From: an uncultured Gemmatimonadaceae bacterium
GTDB taxonomy: Bacteria > Gemmatimonadota > Gemmatimonadetes > Gemmatimonadales > GWC2-71-9
NCBI GenBank assembly: GCA_964596925.1
Contig: CAZQWQ010000040.1
Coordinates: 65,469 to 129,468, forward strand
DNA length: 64,000 nt
Reading direction: 5' to 3'
Shown here: piece by piece, positions 61,911-64,000 of the stretch
Layout: each line of letters begins with the position of its first letter
Position numbering within the stretch: the first letter of the stretch is position 1
Notes under the pieces: model-generated
What the model was told of the DNA's origin: nothing
The model's database searches: none
What the model saw: only the letters and a program-made list of their open reading frames with translations
Position numbers and translations under genes: made by a program

Positions 61911-62837
61911 ATGAAAACCATGACCCAACATCGACTCGCAGCTGTCGCGCTGATCGCGTTGTGCGGCGTGGGAACATCCTTCCCCGGAAAACTCCGCGTC
62001 GTGGCCACGACCCCGGATCTGGCGGCGCTTGCCAGGGAAATCGGCGGTGCGGCCGTCGAAGTCACCGCGCTGGCCAAACCGACGGAAGACCCGCATTACG
62101 TGGACGCCAAACCCAGCCATATTGTCACACTCAACCGCGCCGACGTGCTCATCGAAGGCGGCGCGGAGCTGGAACTCGGATGGTTGCCCTCGCTGCTCGA
62201 GAGCGCGCGCAACGACAAGATCGCCGCGGGCGCGCCCGGCCGCATCGTGGCCTCGGAAGGCATCAGGATGCTCGAAGTGCCCGCGACGTTTGATCGCTCC
62301 CGGGGCGATGTGCACGCGCTCGGCAATCCGCATTTTCTGCTCGACCCTCTCAATGTGAAGACAATCGTCGCGCAGATTGCCGACCACTTCGCGCAGGTCG
62401 ATCCCCAAGCGGCAGATCTTTTCAAAGCCAACCTCAGCAACTTTGTCGCTGCACTCGACGTGAAGCTGGCCGAGTGGCAAGCGGCACTCGCGCCGTATCG
62501 CGGCGCGAGGATCGTGACCTACCACAAGGATTTCGTGTATTTGGCACAGCGGTTCAACCTGGAGGTTGTCGAGACCCTTGAGCCAAAGCCCGGCATCGCA
62601 CCGTCGCCCGCGCATCTGGCGAAGGTCATCGCCACGATGAGGGCGGCAAACGCGCGCGTGATTCTCGTTCAGCCCTACCAGAATCGCCGAACCGCGGAAA
62701 CGGTGGCGCGTCAGACCAACGCGGTGGTGTTGGATATTGCGCAGCAGCCTGGCGTCCTCCAAAACACGGGCACGTATTTTGAGCTGATGGATTACATGGT
62801 CCGAACGCTGGTCACAGCTTTCCAGGAGAACAGGTGA
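61911..62837 (+). CDS. Metal ABC transporter substrate-binding protein (ZnuA/TroA family)
   Basis: Motifs LRVVATTPDLAALAREIGG, EDPHYVDAKPS, DVHALGNPHFLLDP and VTYHKDFVYLAQRF. Confidence 0.88.
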   Translation: MKTMTQHRLAAVALIALCGVGTSFPGKLRVVATTPDLAALAREIGGAAVEVTALAKPTEDPHYVDAKPSHIVTLNRADVLIEGGAELELGWLPSLLESARNDKIAAGAPGRIVASEGIRMLEVPATFDRSRGDVHALGNPHFLLDPLNVKTIVAQIADHFAQVDPQAADLFKANLSNFVAALDVKLAEWQAALAPYRGARIVTYHKDFVYLAQRFNLEVVETLEPKPGIAPSPAHLAKVIATMRAANARVILVQPYQNRRTAETVARQTNAVVLDIAQQPGVLQNTGTYFELMDYMVRTLVTAFQENR

Positions 62838-63670
62838 TGCCTGCGGATTTCGCGGTGGTCTGGCAGGTCATGAAATGGCCATTGGCGGCTTGTCTCATCC
62901 TGCCGCCGCTGCTGGTCTATCTCGGACTGCACGTGGTGCGGCGCGAGGTGATTTTTGTAGACTTAGCGCTGGCGCAGGTGGCGACCTTGGGCACCTGCGT
63001 GGGCCTGATCATGGGTTACCACTTCAATGATCGCAGCACGTTTTTGATTTCGCTGGGCGTGACGTTCCTAGGGGCGGGACTCTTCAGTTGGTCGCGCAGC
63101 AGCCAGAAAAGCCCCGTCCCGCAAGAAGCGATCATCGGTATCACATTCGTGGTCGCCGCGGCCGGTGTGATTCTGTTGCTGAGTCGAGTGGCGGGGGGGA
63201 AAGAGGAACTCGAGCACTTGTTGACCGGCGATATCCTCAACGTGACAGGTGCTGACGTGGGTCAACGCACAGCGCTTTTTGTGGTGTTGGCTGCGTTCTA
63301 TGCCGCGCTCCACAAGCGGTTTGCGCTGATTTCTTCCGATCCAGAAGCAGCCTTCGCGCAGGGATTGAAGGTTCGGCTGTGGGACTTCCTGTTCTATGCG
63401 GCGTTTGCGCTGGTGGTCGTGAGTTTTGTGCGGGTGGCTGGCGTGCTGCTGACTTTCGCGTATCTCATTGTGCCTGCCGTCTGTGGAGTGATGTTGGCGC
63501 AGCAGTGGATGCGGCGGTTAGCGATCGGGTGGGCGACAGCCGCGATGGCGAGCTTGATCGGCCTGTCGGCGTCGTACTGGTTGGATTTGCCGACGGGAGC
63601 GGCGATTGTGGGCGCCTGTGGATTGCTATTGGTCGTCGTGAGCGTTTTTGTTGTTGTGCGGCGGGCGTAG
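62834..63670 (+). CDS. Metal ABC transporter permease (ABC-3, ZnuB/TroCD family)
   Basis: 278 aa with 8-9 TM helices. ABC-3 hallmarks (VIFVDLALAQVATLG; LLTFAYLIVPA). The start overlaps the ZnuA-like stop. Confidence 0.88.
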   Translation: MMPADFAVVWQVMKWPLAACLILPPLLVYLGLHVVRREVIFVDLALAQVATLGTCVGLIMGYHFNDRSTFLISLGVTFLGAGLFSWSRSSQKSPVPQEAIIGITFVVAAAGVILLLSRVAGGKEELEHLLTGDILNVTGADVGQRTALFVVLAAFYAALHKRFALISSDPEAAFAQGLKVRLWDFLFYAAFALVVVSFVRVAGVLLTFAYLIVPAVCGVMLAQQWMRRLAIGWATAAMASLIGLSASYWLDLPTGAAIVGACGLLLVVVSVFVVVRRA

Positions 63671-64000
63671 GGTTACCTGGCCGCAGATCGCCAAGCTGGC
63701 GGCGTTCTATGCCGGCCTGGGAGTATTTCAATTCCTGTTGCGCCGGCGCTTCCTCACCATCTCGTTCCACCCCGAGGACGCGGAACGCCAAGGGTGGAAG
63801 ATCCGCTGGTGAGATTTCCTCTTCTATCTATTGTTCGGTGTCGTGATCACGTTGGCGGTGCCGATCGCGGGCGTCCTGATGGTGTTTAGTTTCCTCGTCG
63901 TGCCGGCGGTGATAGCCAACTTGTTTACCGGTGACAAGCGAGAGCTCGTGCTGCTCTCCTGGGGCAGTGGGGCCCTCGCCTCGATCCTCGGCTTGTGGGT
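63642..64000 (+). pseudogene. Fragment of a second ABC-3 permease: C-terminal half only, with an in-frame TGA at a conserved Trp position
   Basis: The third forward reading frame (codon starts at multiples of 3) reads ...RVTWPQIAKLAAFYAGLGVFQFLLRRRFLTISFHPEDAERQGWKIRW*DFLFYLLFGVVITLAVPIAGVLMVFSFLVVPAVIANLF... This is collinear with residues ~140-250 of the upstream permease (...KVRLWDFLFYAAF...). The TGA at 63810-63812 aligns with that Trp. No N-terminal half is present. The fragment runs off the window edge. Confidence 0.55.

Noticed and set aside
61893-61925. AT-rich GAAATGATATGAAAACCATGA upstream of and overlapping the ZnuA-like start as a second Zur box
   Set aside because: It shows no dyad symmetry. 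It overlaps the RBS/start region, where AT-richness is expected. The resemblance is limited to one AATGAT half-site.
63810-63812. In-frame TGA in the permease fragment as selenocysteine or Trp recoding
   Set aside because: TGA is the predominant genuine stop codon for the well-supported genes in this window. I could identify no SECIS-like hairpin downstream. The fragment also lacks its entire N-terminal half, so simple gene decay is the more economical explanation.

Overview
High-GC (roughly 65-70% by eye) chromosomal segment from a diderm bacterium. SurA-like chaperones, an LPS heptosyltransferase and several OM beta-barrels support the diderm call. The gene style would fit Gemmatimonadota or a similar lineage, but I cannot verify the taxon. 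Because of the GC content, almost every real gene is shadowed by long spurious antisense or alternate-frame ORFs. I chose frames by recognisable protein families and refined starts using the very frequent 4-nt or 1-nt stop/start overlaps (GTGA, ATGA, TGATG).

Content in order:
- a class-III aminotransferase;
- a minus-strand cluster: FHA-SLT lytic transglycosylase, OM beta-barrel, 16-heme cytochrome c, 23-heme cytochrome c, and a His-paired membrane protein, facing a divergent membrane-anchored FeS-flavoprotein;
- a dense block of eight two-component/sensor genes, including an MHYT-PAS protein with a 4-Cys tail;
- a metallophosphoesterase, tRNA-Ile(GAU), a tiny hyper-acidic ORF, typA, a CDF transporter, a CorC/CNNM protein;
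- pdxA-surA-like-PPIase-mfd, DUF58 plus a BatA-like vWA protein, a DUF4384 protein, an M28 peptidase, a GyrI-like remnant;
- a short atypical rho, lepA, a GT9 heptosyltransferase;
- a 1007-aa protein with PLD-like motifs coupled to a small OM barrel;
- a translationally chained operon: ROK kinase, PfkB kinase, GHKL ATPase, STAS-like protein, Cys/Met PLP enzyme;
- ftsEX, an envC-like gene, a HlyD/ABC/ABC-2 exporter, pcm;
- a lower-GC metal-uptake block: Cys/His small protein, OM barrel, ZnuA-like, ZnuB-like, and a decayed second permease.

The best candidate for a novel system is the 39-heme porin-cytochrome-like cluster with its own inner-membrane and cytoplasmic modules (about 1.3-10.9 kb). 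Other notable items:
- a family of low-GC palindromic short-unit repeat elements at three loci, two of them forming the 5' ends of envelope genes;
- a heptad-repeat 23-bp inverted repeat between rho and lepA;
- the N-terminally short rho;
- the GHKL/STAS-like pair.

All family assignments come from motif recognition by eye. No database search was run.
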